Source: a virus. Taken from it: a DNA stretch of 59,500 nt. Of this stretch, positions 38,044 through 47,511 are shown in pieces. A program made the translations under genes and the position numbers. Below the pieces are notes generated by a model. It had not been told where the DNA came from. It searched no databases and saw only the letters and a list, made by a program, of their open reading frames with translations. The stretch lies in the UHGV virus genome UHGV-0209830. One strand, given 5' to 3'. Every line of letters begins with the position of its first letter. The first letter of the stretch is position 1.

Positions 38044-38753
38044 GCAAGATTGATTATCAAAAGCTTCGTGAAATCGCTGAAAAAACAAAAATTGCTGGTG
38101 AAGCACCTGTAATGCCTTTCGATCAGCGAATTAATGCGCTTAACGATTTTATGAAGCACTTTTCGCCAGATATCGCGCTGGCATTGTTGGATGAATGGGA
38201 AAGAAACCAGCAATACATAAAACGCCGCGATCAGGAGAACGAGGATATTGCGCTAACGGTAGGGAAGCTGCGCGTTGAGCTGGAAGGCAAAGACAGCAAA
38301 ATAGCCAATCTTACCGCCGAACGCGATGCTCTTCGTGAAGGTGAGATGGGCGACGCTAGGCATAGCAACACACGGGCCGCAGCTGATATCTACTTCCAAC
38401 TGGTCGAGGAGTGCGAAATTCCTGCTGGCGGTTCTCTGGTCGAGTACGTTGACGATATGCGCGAGAAGCTGGAAGCCGCAGAGAAGCGCATTGCAGAACT
38501 GGAAAGCAACGAAGTCCGTGAAGTCGGAAATCAGTTTCTTGTTGTTCGCCATCCTGGGAAAACTCCTGTCATCAAGCACTGCACTGGTGACCTGGAAGAG
38601 TTTCTGCGGAAGTTAATCGAACAAGACCCGTTAGTAACTATCGACATCATTACGCATCGCTATTACGGGATTGGCGGTCAATGGGTTCAGGATGCAGTTG
38701 AGTATCTGCATATGATGTCTGACGCTGGCATTCGCATCAAAGGAGGTGAGTAA
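38040..38753 (+). CDS. Ea22/Ead-like protein
   Basis: N-terminus MSKIDYQKLREIAEK; coiled coil. Confidence 0.4.
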   Translation: MSKIDYQKLREIAEKTKIAGEAPVMPFDQRINALNDFMKHFSPDIALALLDEWERNQQYIKRRDQENEDIALTVGKLRVELEGKDSKIANLTAERDALREGEMGDARHSNTRAAADIYFQLVEECEIPAGGSLVEYVDDMREKLEAAEKRIAELESNEVREVGNQFLVVRHPGKTPVIKHCTGDLEEFLRKLIEQDPLVTIDIITHRYYGIGGQWVQDAVEYLHMMSDAGIRIKGGE

Positions 38754-39116
38754 TGCGTGTGGCATGTATCGGCTTGTTACCGTACCCGACTCGTTTTTGG
38801 GCTTCTGCGCTAATTGCAAAGCCGCATGTCCTGATGGCTGACAACATCATCCCGGCACCAAAGCGCCGCCATACCGGTATTGCATCGGCACGACGAGCAG
38901 CAAAGAAACGCAGGAGAGCAAAACGATGAAAAACCGTAAAGCAAAGATTCTGTTAGTTCGTAGAAACGCTCCTGGCGTCTGGCAGTGGGTGAGACTCAGC
39001 AACCGACGGGCGGGGTTAATGAAACATTACGGGATGATGGATTGTGGTTTTTGCAAAAAGCCCAGCGCGGCGCAAAACCGCTGGAAAAACCACTTGCGTA
39101 CTAAAGGAGAGTGATA

Positions 39117-39325
39117 TGGCTATTGCCGCAAGTTACACCATGCATCTCTATTGTGACTGCCGCCAGTGTACGGAAGGTGTATATCCAGTGCCAGACTTCG
39201 GAGAGTATATCGGCACGTCATGGGCTGGTTGTGCAAAAGAGGCGCGTAAGGATGGCTGGCGAATAAGCAAAGACAAAACACGTGCTTTTGCGCCTGGGCA
39301 TAAAGTTTTGAGGAGTAACAAATGA
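39117..39325 (+). CDS. Small Cys-containing hypothetical protein
   Basis: Internal ATG MAIAASYT of track ORF 39044..39325. Confidence 0.3.
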
Positions 39326-40023
39326 CCACTATTACCAGAGAACAAGCTCTGAAAATTATTGAGGCAGCCGATGAGGTTATTAGTGCGCTTGCCGGAACTA
39401 ACGAGGATGTTCACCCTGGTAGCGATAACATGCTACGCCTGTGGGATGACCTGAATGACCGTTACGCGCCGCCGGAAGTTGTGCGTGAGCTGGCACGGAT
39501 TGCACTGGCATCGCTGGAAGCAGAGCCTATTGGTGAAGTTTCAGAGAAGCGACACGGCCTTGTTATGGATGGAACGGTAGACCTTGGCGGGAAATCAACT
39601 TATCGCATCATTAAGGGAGAAAAAGCGATGAAGTTGTTGCCGTTGGGGACGAAGTTTTATATCGCACCGCCAGCGCCGGTAATACAGGCTGATGTCGCGC
39701 AAGCAATTGAAAATCTCAAGCAGAAATTAGTGGAATGCAATCGCTATAACTACTGCGCAGATGCAGTTAAGGGCGTCGAGGATGCCTGCCGCGCAGTCAT
39801 GCTTCAGTCCGGAAACTTTCGGGAAAGCGACGTTATTACACCAGATCATCATAAACAAGCCGAGAAAAGTGGCCTGGAAAGGTGTCACCTTGAGACGGCA
39901 TTAAACATTAAGCCGGGGCATACGCTTGGCATTATTGATGCACTATTGGTTCATAAGATGGCCAGGGCTTTATTGCCGCTGGTGGCTGAAAAGCATGAGG
40001 CGGACCATGCCAACGAAAGCTGA
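39322..40023 (+). CDS. Hypothetical protein (233 aa)
   Basis: ORF track. Confidence 0.5.
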   Translation: MTTITREQALKIIEAADEVISALAGTNEDVHPGSDNMLRLWDDLNDRYAPPEVVRELARIALASLEAEPIGEVSEKRHGLVMDGTVDLGGKSTYRIIKGEKAMKLLPLGTKFYIAPPAPVIQADVAQAIENLKQKLVECNRYNYCADAVKGVEDACRAVMLQSGNFRESDVITPDHHKQAEKSGLERCHLETALNIKPGHTLGIIDALLVHKMARALLPLVAEKHEADHANES

Positions 40024-40291
40024 ATTACAGGTGCGCGTAGATGAGCTTGAAAAAGAGAACGCGAGCCTCAAAAAAATGCTGTCGCGGGCGGAAAGGGAAT
40101 TATCAGGCAAATTATTGCCAGAAGAACTGCCACCAGCAGATATACCTGATCGAGTGTCCTGGTGGATGAAGTATTTCCGTGCACCGTGGGAGGCGTTTTG
40201 GTGCTACGACCATCGCAGATGGTGTGATGAACTTGATAGCAGTTTTCCCTACTTTGCGGAAGGGAACACCTGCCCTCAATGCAGGGGATAG
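40007..40291 (+). CDS. Hypothetical protein (about 94 aa)
   Basis: Internal ATG MPTKAELQ of track ORF 39926..40291. Confidence 0.3.
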   Translation: MPTKAELQVRVDELEKENASLKKMLSRAERELSGKLLPEELPPADIPDRVSWWMKYFRAPWEAFWCYDHRRWCDELDSSFPYFAEGNTCPQCRG

Positions 40292-40626
40292 CATTTGACG
40301 AAATCGATCACCCTATCCTGAACTTCAGAAAGAAGGTCTTTTTCACGCGCCAGGACGTCAGGATATTGACGTTCTGGCCTTACCAGATGCCGGAGCTTCC
40401 CATTAAGCAGAATGGCCTCAGAAAACACTTTTACGCTGTGCTTTATCCCCTCTGTTTCACTTTTCAGCGTCAAAATAAAGCGCAATTGCTTATTAGCCTG
40501 ATTCGGATTCAATACACGAATTTGCAGTTCGTCTATGCTGTTTCGCAATGGGATTGATGCCACCACACTGGTGCAGTCCCTGATTGTCTGAATTGAACGG
40601 CTAACATTGAGAACGTTATTGTGCAT
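40276..40626 (-). CDS. Hypothetical protein (116 aa)
   Basis: ORF track; opposite strand to neighbours. Confidence 0.4.
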   Translation of the reverse strand: MHNNVLNVSRSIQTIRDCTSVVASIPLRNSIDELQIRVLNPNQANKQLRFILTLKSETEGIKHSVKVFSEAILLNGKLRHLVRPERQYPDVLAREKDLLSEVQDRVIDFVKCYPLH

Positions 40627-40658
40627 GTGCCTGATCCACTAACTCCTGGAGGTTTCTT

Positions 40659-40910
40659 GTGTCAGATCGAAATATAGCAGCTAAAAGCCAGGAAGAGCGA
40701 GACAAGGTGAACGTAGACCTTGCCGCCAGCGGCGTTGCTTACAAAGAACGGCTGAATATACCTGTGATTGCAGAGCAGGTGGCCCGTGAGCAACCGGAAA
40801 ACCTGCGCGCCTATTTCATGGAACGGCTACGGCACTACCGGCAGTTAAGCCTCCAGTTGCCAAAAGGGAGCGATCCGGTGTATCAGAAAGAAGATATAGC
40901 CAAAAAATAA
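40659..40910 (+). CDS. hot: Hot, homolog of DNA polymerase III theta subunit (HolE-like)
   Basis: [43 protein letters not shown] matches recalled HolE; GTG start with ggagg RBS. Confidence 0.8.
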   Translation: MSDRNIAAKSQEERDKVNVDLAASGVAYKERLNIPVIAEQVAREQPENLRAYFMERLRHYRQLSLQLPKGSDPVYQKEDIAKK

Positions 40911-40969
40911 CGCACCACCAGGCGAGCGCAAAGCATCGCGCTATTGCACACTTCAAGCATCTTTAATGT

Positions 40970-40989
40970 ATACTGTATGAATAAACAGT
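40970..40989. promoter_or_regulatory. LexA box (SOS operator) upstream of humD
   Basis: tactgtatgaataaacagta fits CTGT-N8-ACAG consensus about 20 bp before humD. Confidence 0.75.
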
Positions 40990-41008
40990 ATCATTGAGGT
41001 AAAACGCT

Positions 41009-41398
41009 ATGGGCTTCCCTTCTCCTGCGGCGGATTATGTTGAAAGCCGAATTTCTCTTGATCAGCAACTAATCAGGCATCCATCAGCAACCTACTTCAT
41101 GCGGGCAGCTGATAGCCATCACCGTGAGGGAATATTGCAGGGTGCTTTGCTGGTGGTTGATTCCTCGCTTACTCCGGTTGATGGTTCTCTGCTTGTGTGC
41201 GCTATGGAGGGTGAATATCGCATAAAGAGATACAGGAAGTATCCGCGCCAGCACCTGGAGGATTTAAGCACCGGGAGGAAAGAGGCGTTACCAGTGGATG
41301 ACGATGGATGCACGGGGAGTAATGCTGTTTTTGGTGTGATCACTCATGTCATCAATGATGTCCGAAGTGGGGAATTTGATGATTGTCCGGTGATTTAA
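41009..41398 (+). CDS. humD: HumD (UmuD-like)
   Basis: UmuD-like sequence; LexA box upstream; hot and phd-doc on either side. Confidence 0.75.
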   Translation: MGFPSPAADYVESRISLDQQLIRHPSATYFMRAADSHHREGILQGALLVVDSSLTPVDGSLLVCAMEGEYRIKRYRKYPRQHLEDLSTGRKEALPVDDDGCTGSNAVFGVITHVINDVRSGEFDDCPVI

Positions 41399-41470
41399 GC
41401 TGCAAAGTGCTGGTGCTTTATACCTGTGAAGTTTATAGTTGTGTACACATAACAAGTACATGAGGTGTTT

Positions 41471-41692
41471 ATGCAATCCATTAACTTCCGTACCGCGCGC
41501 GGCAACCTTTCTGAAGTGCTCAACAATGTTGAAGCCGGGGAAGAGGTTGAAATCACCCGCAGAGGCCGAGAGCCAGCAGTAATTGTCAGCAAGGCTACTT
41601 TTGAAGCCTACAAAAAAGCGGCGCTGGATGCTGAATTTGCATCCCTGTTTGACACCCTGGACTCCACCAACAAGGAACTGGTTAACCGATAA
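41471..41692 (+). CDS. phd: Phd antitoxin
   Basis: [49 protein letters not shown] matches recalled P1 Phd; track starts 2 codons upstream at GTG. Confidence 0.9.
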
Positions 41693-42072
41693 TGAGGCAT
41701 ATATCACCGGAAGAACTTATTGCGCTTCATGATGCGAATATAAGCCGCTACGGCGGCCTGCCGGGAATGTCAGATCCGGGTAGGGCAGAGGCCATTATCG
41801 GGAGAGTTCAGGCCAGAGTTGCCTACGAAGAGATCACCGACCTTTTCGAAGTCTCCGCCACCTACCTGGTGGCTACGGCGAGAGGGCATATATTCAATGA
41901 TGCCAATAAGCGTACCGCGCTAAACAGTGCGCTGCTATTTCTACGCCGTAACGGTATACAGGTATATGATTCTCCCGTGCTGGTGGAACTTGCGGTGGGG
42001 GCCGCAACTGGTGAAATCCCCGTATCTTCAGTAGCGGAAAAACTACGTGAATTATTTGGTTCCAATATTTGA
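41692..42072 (+). CDS. doc: Doc toxin (Fic-fold)
   Basis: Overlaps phd stop; matches recalled P1 Doc with a divergent C-terminus. Confidence 0.9.
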
Positions 42073-42155
42073 AAAGAAGCCCGCTCAACCAGGCGGGCTT
42101 CCTACTATCACTCAATGATTTTTTCTGCTGTCAGCCAGCTAATTCGGTGATGTTT

Positions 42156-42956
42156 TTAGGCGTCAGCATCCTCCGCTACCTCTGCTTCAACATCAGCCAC
42201 GGCTTCATCGGACGGTTCTTCTTTGGCCTGCTCTGCAATCGCCGCACGGCATTTGGCCCTTGCTGTGGCGATTGCTTCAGCACGCACATCATCAGGAATC
42301 ATTGACGTGATATACATATCCAGTTCTTCGGCGCGGAACACTGTTTGGTCCAGATATTCGCGTAGCATCCAGGTAAATTCGAAATCACACGCGATAATCT
42401 CTGCGCTACCTTCTGCACCATTTGGGAAATGAATAAAAGCCTGTTTAGCCAAACCGATAACACGACATGCGGTTGCCAAAACAGCGGCAACCAGGTTTAC
42501 ATTTTCACACGCTACGGGCTGATTAACGCCGGAGATTACTCCATTTAACTGTCGGTTATATGGAAGGTAGTTTGAGATGCGTTCTACGCGCCATGTGCCA
42601 GTCAGGCTGCCATTCTTAAAGATAATTGGTGTAACGGATAGCCCAAGCTCGCGTATAAGTCGTTGCGCTATAGCAGGATCATTAAACATGTCTAATGCTA
42701 CACATTCGAAAGACTGTGCAAGGGTAAACAGTTCTTCCAGAGAGTAGTCTTTGCCCCTGGCGGTGATGTAACGATGAACGCCGCTTTCTGCATCACTCCA
42801 TATAGCTACGCCATGCTCTTCATTCAGCTCTTCATTAAAGCCGAGATACGTCATGATAGTACGTTCAATCGTGTCAAACGGCAGTGACATGTCGGCGTTA
42901 ACAGCCACCAGCAGGCCATTACGCAAGCGGTATTGAATTGCTTTAGTATTTTCCAC
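42156..42956 (-). CDS. Hypothetical protein (266 aa)
   Basis: ORF track. Confidence 0.5.
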   Translation of the reverse strand: MENTKAIQYRLRNGLLVAVNADMSLPFDTIERTIMTYLGFNEELNEEHGVAIWSDAESGVHRYITARGKDYSLEELFTLAQSFECVALDMFNDPAIAQRLIRELGLSVTPIIFKNGSLTGTWRVERISNYLPYNRQLNGVISGVNQPVACENVNLVAAVLATACRVIGLAKQAFIHFPNGAEGSAEIIACDFEFTWMLREYLDQTVFRAEELDMYITSMIPDDVRAEAIATARAKCRAAIAEQAKEEPSDEAVADVEAEVAEDADA

Positions 42957-42962
42957 GTTAAA

Positions 42963-43625
42963 TCACTCCACTACAAACCAGTCACATGCCAGCAAGTCGC
43001 CTACAGAAGGCAACCACGGAACAACTACACCTTGTGCATTTTTTAAGGCGAAATAAGCACCATACGGAACGAGATCGCCGGGGAAATATCCCTTAATGGC
43101 TTCCATTCGTGCCGGGTACTGTCCTTCAGGAACCAGCCAGCAGAATTGGTTTTCGCCGTTCCACCCGCGCCGGGCAACTTTCTTGCCATCCTTCAGCCAC
43201 ATCAGCGCGTCAGAAAAGTCGGCTGCTTCAAGGTCGATTTCTTCTTGTAGAGTAGCGATACCGCCAGCAGAAATAGTTACGTCCCTGGCTGTAATGAATG
43301 TCACCCCATTGTGACCTTCAATGCTGAGCGATACCCCATTTTCGGAGGCGTCGTTAACCCGGCTATAGCATTTTTCAAATGCTTTCTCTGGCACATAGAC
43401 CAGATAGCCATTTTCAGCAGTGACGAGATATCCTCCTATTTGCGGTCGGAATTTTTCCAAGAACACACCATCAACACGAAGCGCCATTCCTTTTGGCTCA
43501 ACGACTTCGATACTGCCAAAAATGGGCGCATAAGCTTTGCCGACAATAACAATATCTTTGATTTTCGATGCCCGAATGATGCTGTGGCATTTGTATTTGG
43601 GGAACACCTGAAAAGTGCTGACCAT
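42963..43625 (-). CDS. Hypothetical protein (220 aa); C-terminal W-rich domain
   Basis: ORF track; C-terminal WLKDGKKVARRGWNGENQFCWLV...DWFVV. Confidence 0.45.
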   Translation of the reverse strand: MVSTFQVFPKYKCHSIIRASKIKDIVIVGKAYAPIFGSIEVVEPKGMALRVDGVFLEKFRPQIGGYLVTAENGYLVYVPEKAFEKCYSRVNDASENGVSLSIEGHNGVTFITARDVTISAGGIATLQEEIDLEAADFSDALMWLKDGKKVARRGWNGENQFCWLVPEGQYPARMEAIKGYFPGDLVPYGAYFALKNAQGVVVPWLPSVGDLLACDWFVVE

Positions 43626-43639
43626 AATCCTTCCTCTAC

Positions 43640-44134
43640 TTAAAACTTTGCGTACTGAAGCGGTGTACGCTTGATTTCAACGCGGTCTTCCGATGTGCTA
43701 CCAAAGCCACCAGCGCCTCGCTCTGTTTCATCGAGTTCATCAACTTCTACCAGCGATACCGGTTCAACACGCTCAAAAATGCCTTGCATGACCGCCATTC
43801 CTGGCTTGAGGCAAACGCCTTCACCACCGGGATCTGTAATCAGTTTTGCCATGATTTCACCGCGATAATCGGAGTCGATAATTCCTACGCAGTTAGCCAG
43901 GCGAGTATGTTTTTTGCAGCCCAATCCGGAACGCGGATAGAGTTTCAGACACCAGCCGGGCGGGATCTCCATAGCCAGTCCGGTGTACACCCACCAGCTT
44001 GAGGAAATTGCACCATTGCTATCGACACATGGTTTTATTTCAACAGCCTCAAAATCCATCGCCGCCGATCCGGAGGTGGCATAAGCTGGAAGTTTTGCTG
44101 CCGGATGTAGGCGTTTCACTTTTACGTAAATCAT
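43640..44134 (-). CDS. dut: dUTP diphosphatase (dUTPase)
   Basis: RSGLG, GIIDSDYRGE, RGAGGFGSTS motifs. Confidence 0.85.
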   Translation of the reverse strand: MIYVKVKRLHPAAKLPAYATSGSAAMDFEAVEIKPCVDSNGAISSSWWVYTGLAMEIPPGWCLKLYPRSGLGCKKHTRLANCVGIIDSDYRGEIMAKLITDPGGEGVCLKPGMAVMQGIFERVEPVSLVEVDELDETERGAGGFGSTSEDRVEIKRTPLQYAKF

Positions 44135-44607
44135 TGTTTTTTAGCTCTCTGCGTGAAGGTGTAAACCCGACGTTTGATATGTGGAACGGTAGGAACAGGA
44201 ATACAGGAACTTTCAATAACTCCTTGCTCCTCCAGCGATCGCACCGCCCGCAAGAACTGCGACGTGTCGCCGCCAAACTGGCGGGCATAGGTGCTGCCGT
44301 TATGAAGTATTTGAGCTATTACCCGGGCTTTTGTCTGGCTGTCACGATATGCGAATAGCCGCACGGCCTCTTCTGGCGCAATCGATAACTGATAGCCTTT
44401 ACCGGCACGGTGTCGAATGAATCCATGCGCCAGTAGGTTTTTGAGTTCGTTACGAGTGCGAACAGATCCGTAATCCAGGAAGTGTGGATTGATAACGACT
44501 GGCTTAAACCATTCCGTAGGTGCTTTAGCTAATAGAGCTAACAGCTTCCCGGACAATCCTGGATAGGAAGACGGGTAACAATTCAGAGATGGGTAATAAG
44601 TTTTCAC
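44131..44607 (-). CDS. Hypothetical protein (158 aa)
   Basis: ORF track; 4-bp overlap operon. Confidence 0.45.
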   Translation of the reverse strand: MKTYYPSLNCYPSSYPGLSGKLLALLAKAPTEWFKPVVINPHFLDYGSVRTRNELKNLLAHGFIRHRAGKGYQLSIAPEEAVRLFAYRDSQTKARVIAQILHNGSTYARQFGGDTSQFLRAVRSLEEQGVIESSCIPVPTVPHIKRRVYTFTQRAKKQ

Positions 44608-44960
44608 CGACGCCCCCTTGCCGGATATCGACCTGCATTAGTATCCGGTGCAATAAAGCCGGTAGTGGGGCGAGTGAAAGCGAGATTAATCTTCTCGACC
44701 ATAGTGCGATAATTTTCCTGATAGTGGGCCAGGAGTTTTTCGGCGGCAATGATGGTTACTTTCCGGACGTAGCTTTCTGCTTCCTCCAGATTTCGCCAGT
44801 TTTTTTCGAGGGTAAACACAGGGACGGCCTCAAGCCCGGTCATGATGCCGAATACAACGACAGCATGACTGTTCTTAACACCAGCGGCGAAGGTTACGGT
44901 GTAACCATCCACCGTGAAGCGTCTTGATTCCGTGATTTGACTCTGCAAAGCACCCTCCAA
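44604..44960 (-). CDS. Hypothetical protein (118 aa)
   Basis: ORF track. Confidence 0.45.
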   Translation of the reverse strand: MEGALQSQITESRRFTVDGYTVTFAAGVKNSHAVVVFGIMTGLEAVPVFTLEKNWRNLEEAESYVRKVTIIAAEKLLAHYQENYRTMVEKINLAFTRPTTGFIAPDTNAGRYPARGRR

Positions 44961-45002
44961 AATAGGCGAGGGTACTTTACAGCAAAGATATCAATCTAAA
45001 AA

Positions 45003-45019
45003 GATGTGTTAGAAATTTA
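45003..45019. promoter_or_regulatory. Operator-like motif copy (gatgtgttagaaattta)
   Basis: Dispersed motif family, upstream of ORF starting 44960. Confidence 0.4.
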
Positions 45020-45021
45020 AT

Positions 45022-46050
45022 TTACGAATCCATCAAGCGGCTATTAGCCCCCACAGACACACCGCCACGGCGCAGATACCGCATAAGTGTTTCCGGTTTC
45101 TTCCAGGTTCCTTCCTGCATGATCTCCACCATAGACACCTGCTTTTCAGCCATATCAATAGCGGCCCCGACGCGTGCACTATGCCCGGTCCACGTCCGGT
45201 ATCTTCCTTTGTTTGGCGTAGCATCTCTTTTATTCAGCAACCCCCAGGCGTCGCTGAATATTTTCTCCATTGCAGGTGCAGTAAGGGGCGTTGTCGTAAT
45301 CCTGGCCTTATTGCTACGGTGTATCGGCGGGAACAGCACCGCGTCAGGATGTTCACGAAGCCCGGAAACATCCAGCCAGTCATTCAGCACAGCAGTAGTG
45401 CGACGGGAAAGCACCTTATCAAGCCCGGCGGCGGTCGTTATTGTCTTCGTGTGTGAAATATGTAGCGTGACAGTGTCACCTGTTTGGTCCAGATCTCCTA
45501 CACGAATACGCGAGATTTCCGACATACGCATCAGCGTATTGTATGCAACAAAGAGAAAAGCCCGGTTGCGCTGGTCCACCAGCCGTTCTGACCTGGACAG
45601 CAGGACGTCGAGCAGTTTCAGGTCGTCCCACCGCAACGGTATAGCCTGGCCTGTTCGCTCGCCTTTTTCCGTTGCCGCTTCACGCCGGATGCGCCGCATG
45701 GCCAGAGACACACTTTTATCGTCCGACAGCGGCGGGAGGCCACATTGCGAAAGCAGCATGTTAAGCATGGCATAGTGCTTATCAATGGTGGTCGAAGCCA
45801 GATCGGCATCATGCAACTGAAGAAAATACTCGCGGGCCATTTCTGGTGAGATCGGAAACCAGGCAAGCTGGCGAGCGTGACACCAGCGCGCCCAGGAATG
45901 AAACACCAACCGGAGGTCGCGCAGAGTATTCGGCGCATAAGCCCCCTGGTCATTCATGAACCGCATAAAGTTTTCTGCGGCTTCCTGGTACTCTTTGCCA
46001 ATGTTGCGCAGAAAACCACCGGAACTGCCAGAGATAATCAACTCACTCAT
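45022..46050 (-). CDS. cre: Cre-like tyrosine site-specific recombinase
   Basis: Roughly half-identical to recalled P1 Cre including WTGHSARVGAA.DMA and RIRV.D motifs. Confidence 0.85.
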   Translation of the reverse strand: MSELIISGSSGGFLRNIGKEYQEAAENFMRFMNDQGAYAPNTLRDLRLVFHSWARWCHARQLAWFPISPEMAREYFLQLHDADLASTTIDKHYAMLNMLLSQCGLPPLSDDKSVSLAMRRIRREAATEKGERTGQAIPLRWDDLKLLDVLLSRSERLVDQRNRAFLFVAYNTLMRMSEISRIRVGDLDQTGDTVTLHISHTKTITTAAGLDKVLSRRTTAVLNDWLDVSGLREHPDAVLFPPIHRSNKARITTTPLTAPAMEKIFSDAWGLLNKRDATPNKGRYRTWTGHSARVGAAIDMAEKQVSMVEIMQEGTWKKPETLMRYLRRGGVSVGANSRLMDS

Positions 46051-46201
46051 GGAACTATTTCACCTCTATATACAGATGACGCTACGCGAAAAATATAAAA
46101 ATGACAGGGTAGCTATAAGTTAATTTTCAAAATACAAGCCTTTGATTCGAAGCACGTATTTTCAGTGATGTCAATACTGTTCATCTACACATGATTATAG
46201 T

Positions 46202-46235
46202 CTAACTTTAAATAATGCCAATTATTTAAAGTTAT
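46202..46235. other. lox-like recombination site (13-bp inverted arms around 8-bp spacer)
   Basis: ctaactttaaata-atgccaat-tatttaaagttat; arms share TAACTT and TA with recalled loxP arm ATAACTTCGTATA; about 170 bp upstream of cre. Confidence 0.65.
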
Positions 46236-46415
46236 AAAATGCCGATTTTTTTGTAATCCATCATAGATTGATGATGGACAGTAACACGTTGCCTTCATGG
46301 TCTTTAATTTGCGAAGTGTGGTTTCAACGGTTGGTTTTCTAACGTTGATGACAAAAAAATCATAGTCCGATCCTTTACTCGCTCTGTTATTCGACATAAA
46401 TTTGTCATAGTAATT

Positions 46416-46432
46416 TTATGTTAGAAAACTAA
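46416..46432. promoter_or_regulatory. Operator-like motif copy upstream of ORF 46444
   Basis: ttatgttagaaaactaa. Confidence 0.4.
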
Positions 46433-46443
46433 ATCGCGTAGGA

Positions 46444-47484
46444 ATGATGAGTATGAAGTCGATCGAGAAAGAGTACAAACGGTTCCTGCAAACCGCAGAA
46501 CGGTGGAAAGAGCTGGTGGTCGCAAACTCTGTTTTCCATGATACCAGTTATGCTGGTGAGGAATTCCGCCATGTTGCATTAACGCATGACCAAAACATAT
46601 TAGAAGAAGCTGAAAAATGTCTTGCTGAATGGAAAGCCTTCGTTGACATGTGCCGCGATGCCGACGGCAAAGCGTCGAACATTGTTGAGTCCGTATATTC
46701 TCCGATCCCATTCATCATTGAGGACACCAATCAAAGCACGCATGTCGTTGTGCAAAGCGCTACAACAACACGTGCATTTACACGTGAACAATTGCTAAAA
46801 AAATACGACAAAATCATAAAGAAAAGCCTGAAAAATAGGGTTTTTTCTCAAATCGTAGGTGCTCTTGAAGAAGAACAGCGCTTCTTTGAAGCTGAGCCTG
46901 AAGGCGAGATCTACCGGGCGCGTAAAGAGGCATATACAGATGTTGTGCTGACAACAAACATCGAAGGCAGTAATGCCCTTTCTCGCTTTAGAGTTGGCGC
47001 ACATGGCGCATTGGTTTTCGCAAGACTACCGAAGACAACGATCCCCGTTGTCAATAATGTTGGTGAACGCCGGAGCATTACAATTTATTCTGGCGTCGAA
47101 TCGGTACCTTGCAGCCTTCTCGGCGATTTTAACTTATATCGTGTTCGTGACCTGGAAAAACACCAGCCAAGCTACGTTGCGAAGTCGTATATCTTAAGGA
47201 ACATCGATATTCGCAATGAAAGCCTTAAGCAGAAATCCGCTAAGATGCTGGAGGATGCCGATCCGGCTATTCGCCATATCATTGAGCGTAAGATACGCAC
47301 ATCACGTGAAGCAATGGCAAGGCTGGATAAAATGGATCTGGAATTGTTAGACGTAATGATGGCCTCTGGAGACGACCTGACCGGCATTAAACTGAATGAA
47401 GCTCGTAAAAAATACGGCAAAGCAATCGAAGAACGTTACGGATACACATTCCCCCAAACGCAGTACGCCGCGAAGCTCTGGTAA
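46444..47484 (+). CDS. Hypothetical protein (346 aa); candidate C1-type repressor by position only
   Basis: Between lox/cre and pacB, convergent with pacB, operator-like motif upstream; no sequence-level confirmation. Confidence 0.3.
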   Translation: MMSMKSIEKEYKRFLQTAERWKELVVANSVFHDTSYAGEEFRHVALTHDQNILEEAEKCLAEWKAFVDMCRDADGKASNIVESVYSPIPFIIEDTNQSTHVVVQSATTTRAFTREQLLKKYDKIIKKSLKNRVFSQIVGALEEEQRFFEAEPEGEIYRARKEAYTDVVLTTNIEGSNALSRFRVGAHGALVFARLPKTTIPVVNNVGERRSITIYSGVESVPCSLLGDFNLYRVRDLEKHQPSYVAKSYILRNIDIRNESLKQKSAKMLEDADPAIRHIIERKIRTSREAMARLDKMDLELLDVMMASGDDLTGIKLNEARKKYGKAIEERYGYTFPQTQYAAKLW

Positions 47485-47511
47485 TCACAACCGGCCCCGC
47501 ATCGCGGGGCT

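Noticed and set aside
46185-46397. 70-aa ORF spanning the lox-like site
   Set aside because: AT-rich, overlaps the recombination site and promoter region, no RBS.
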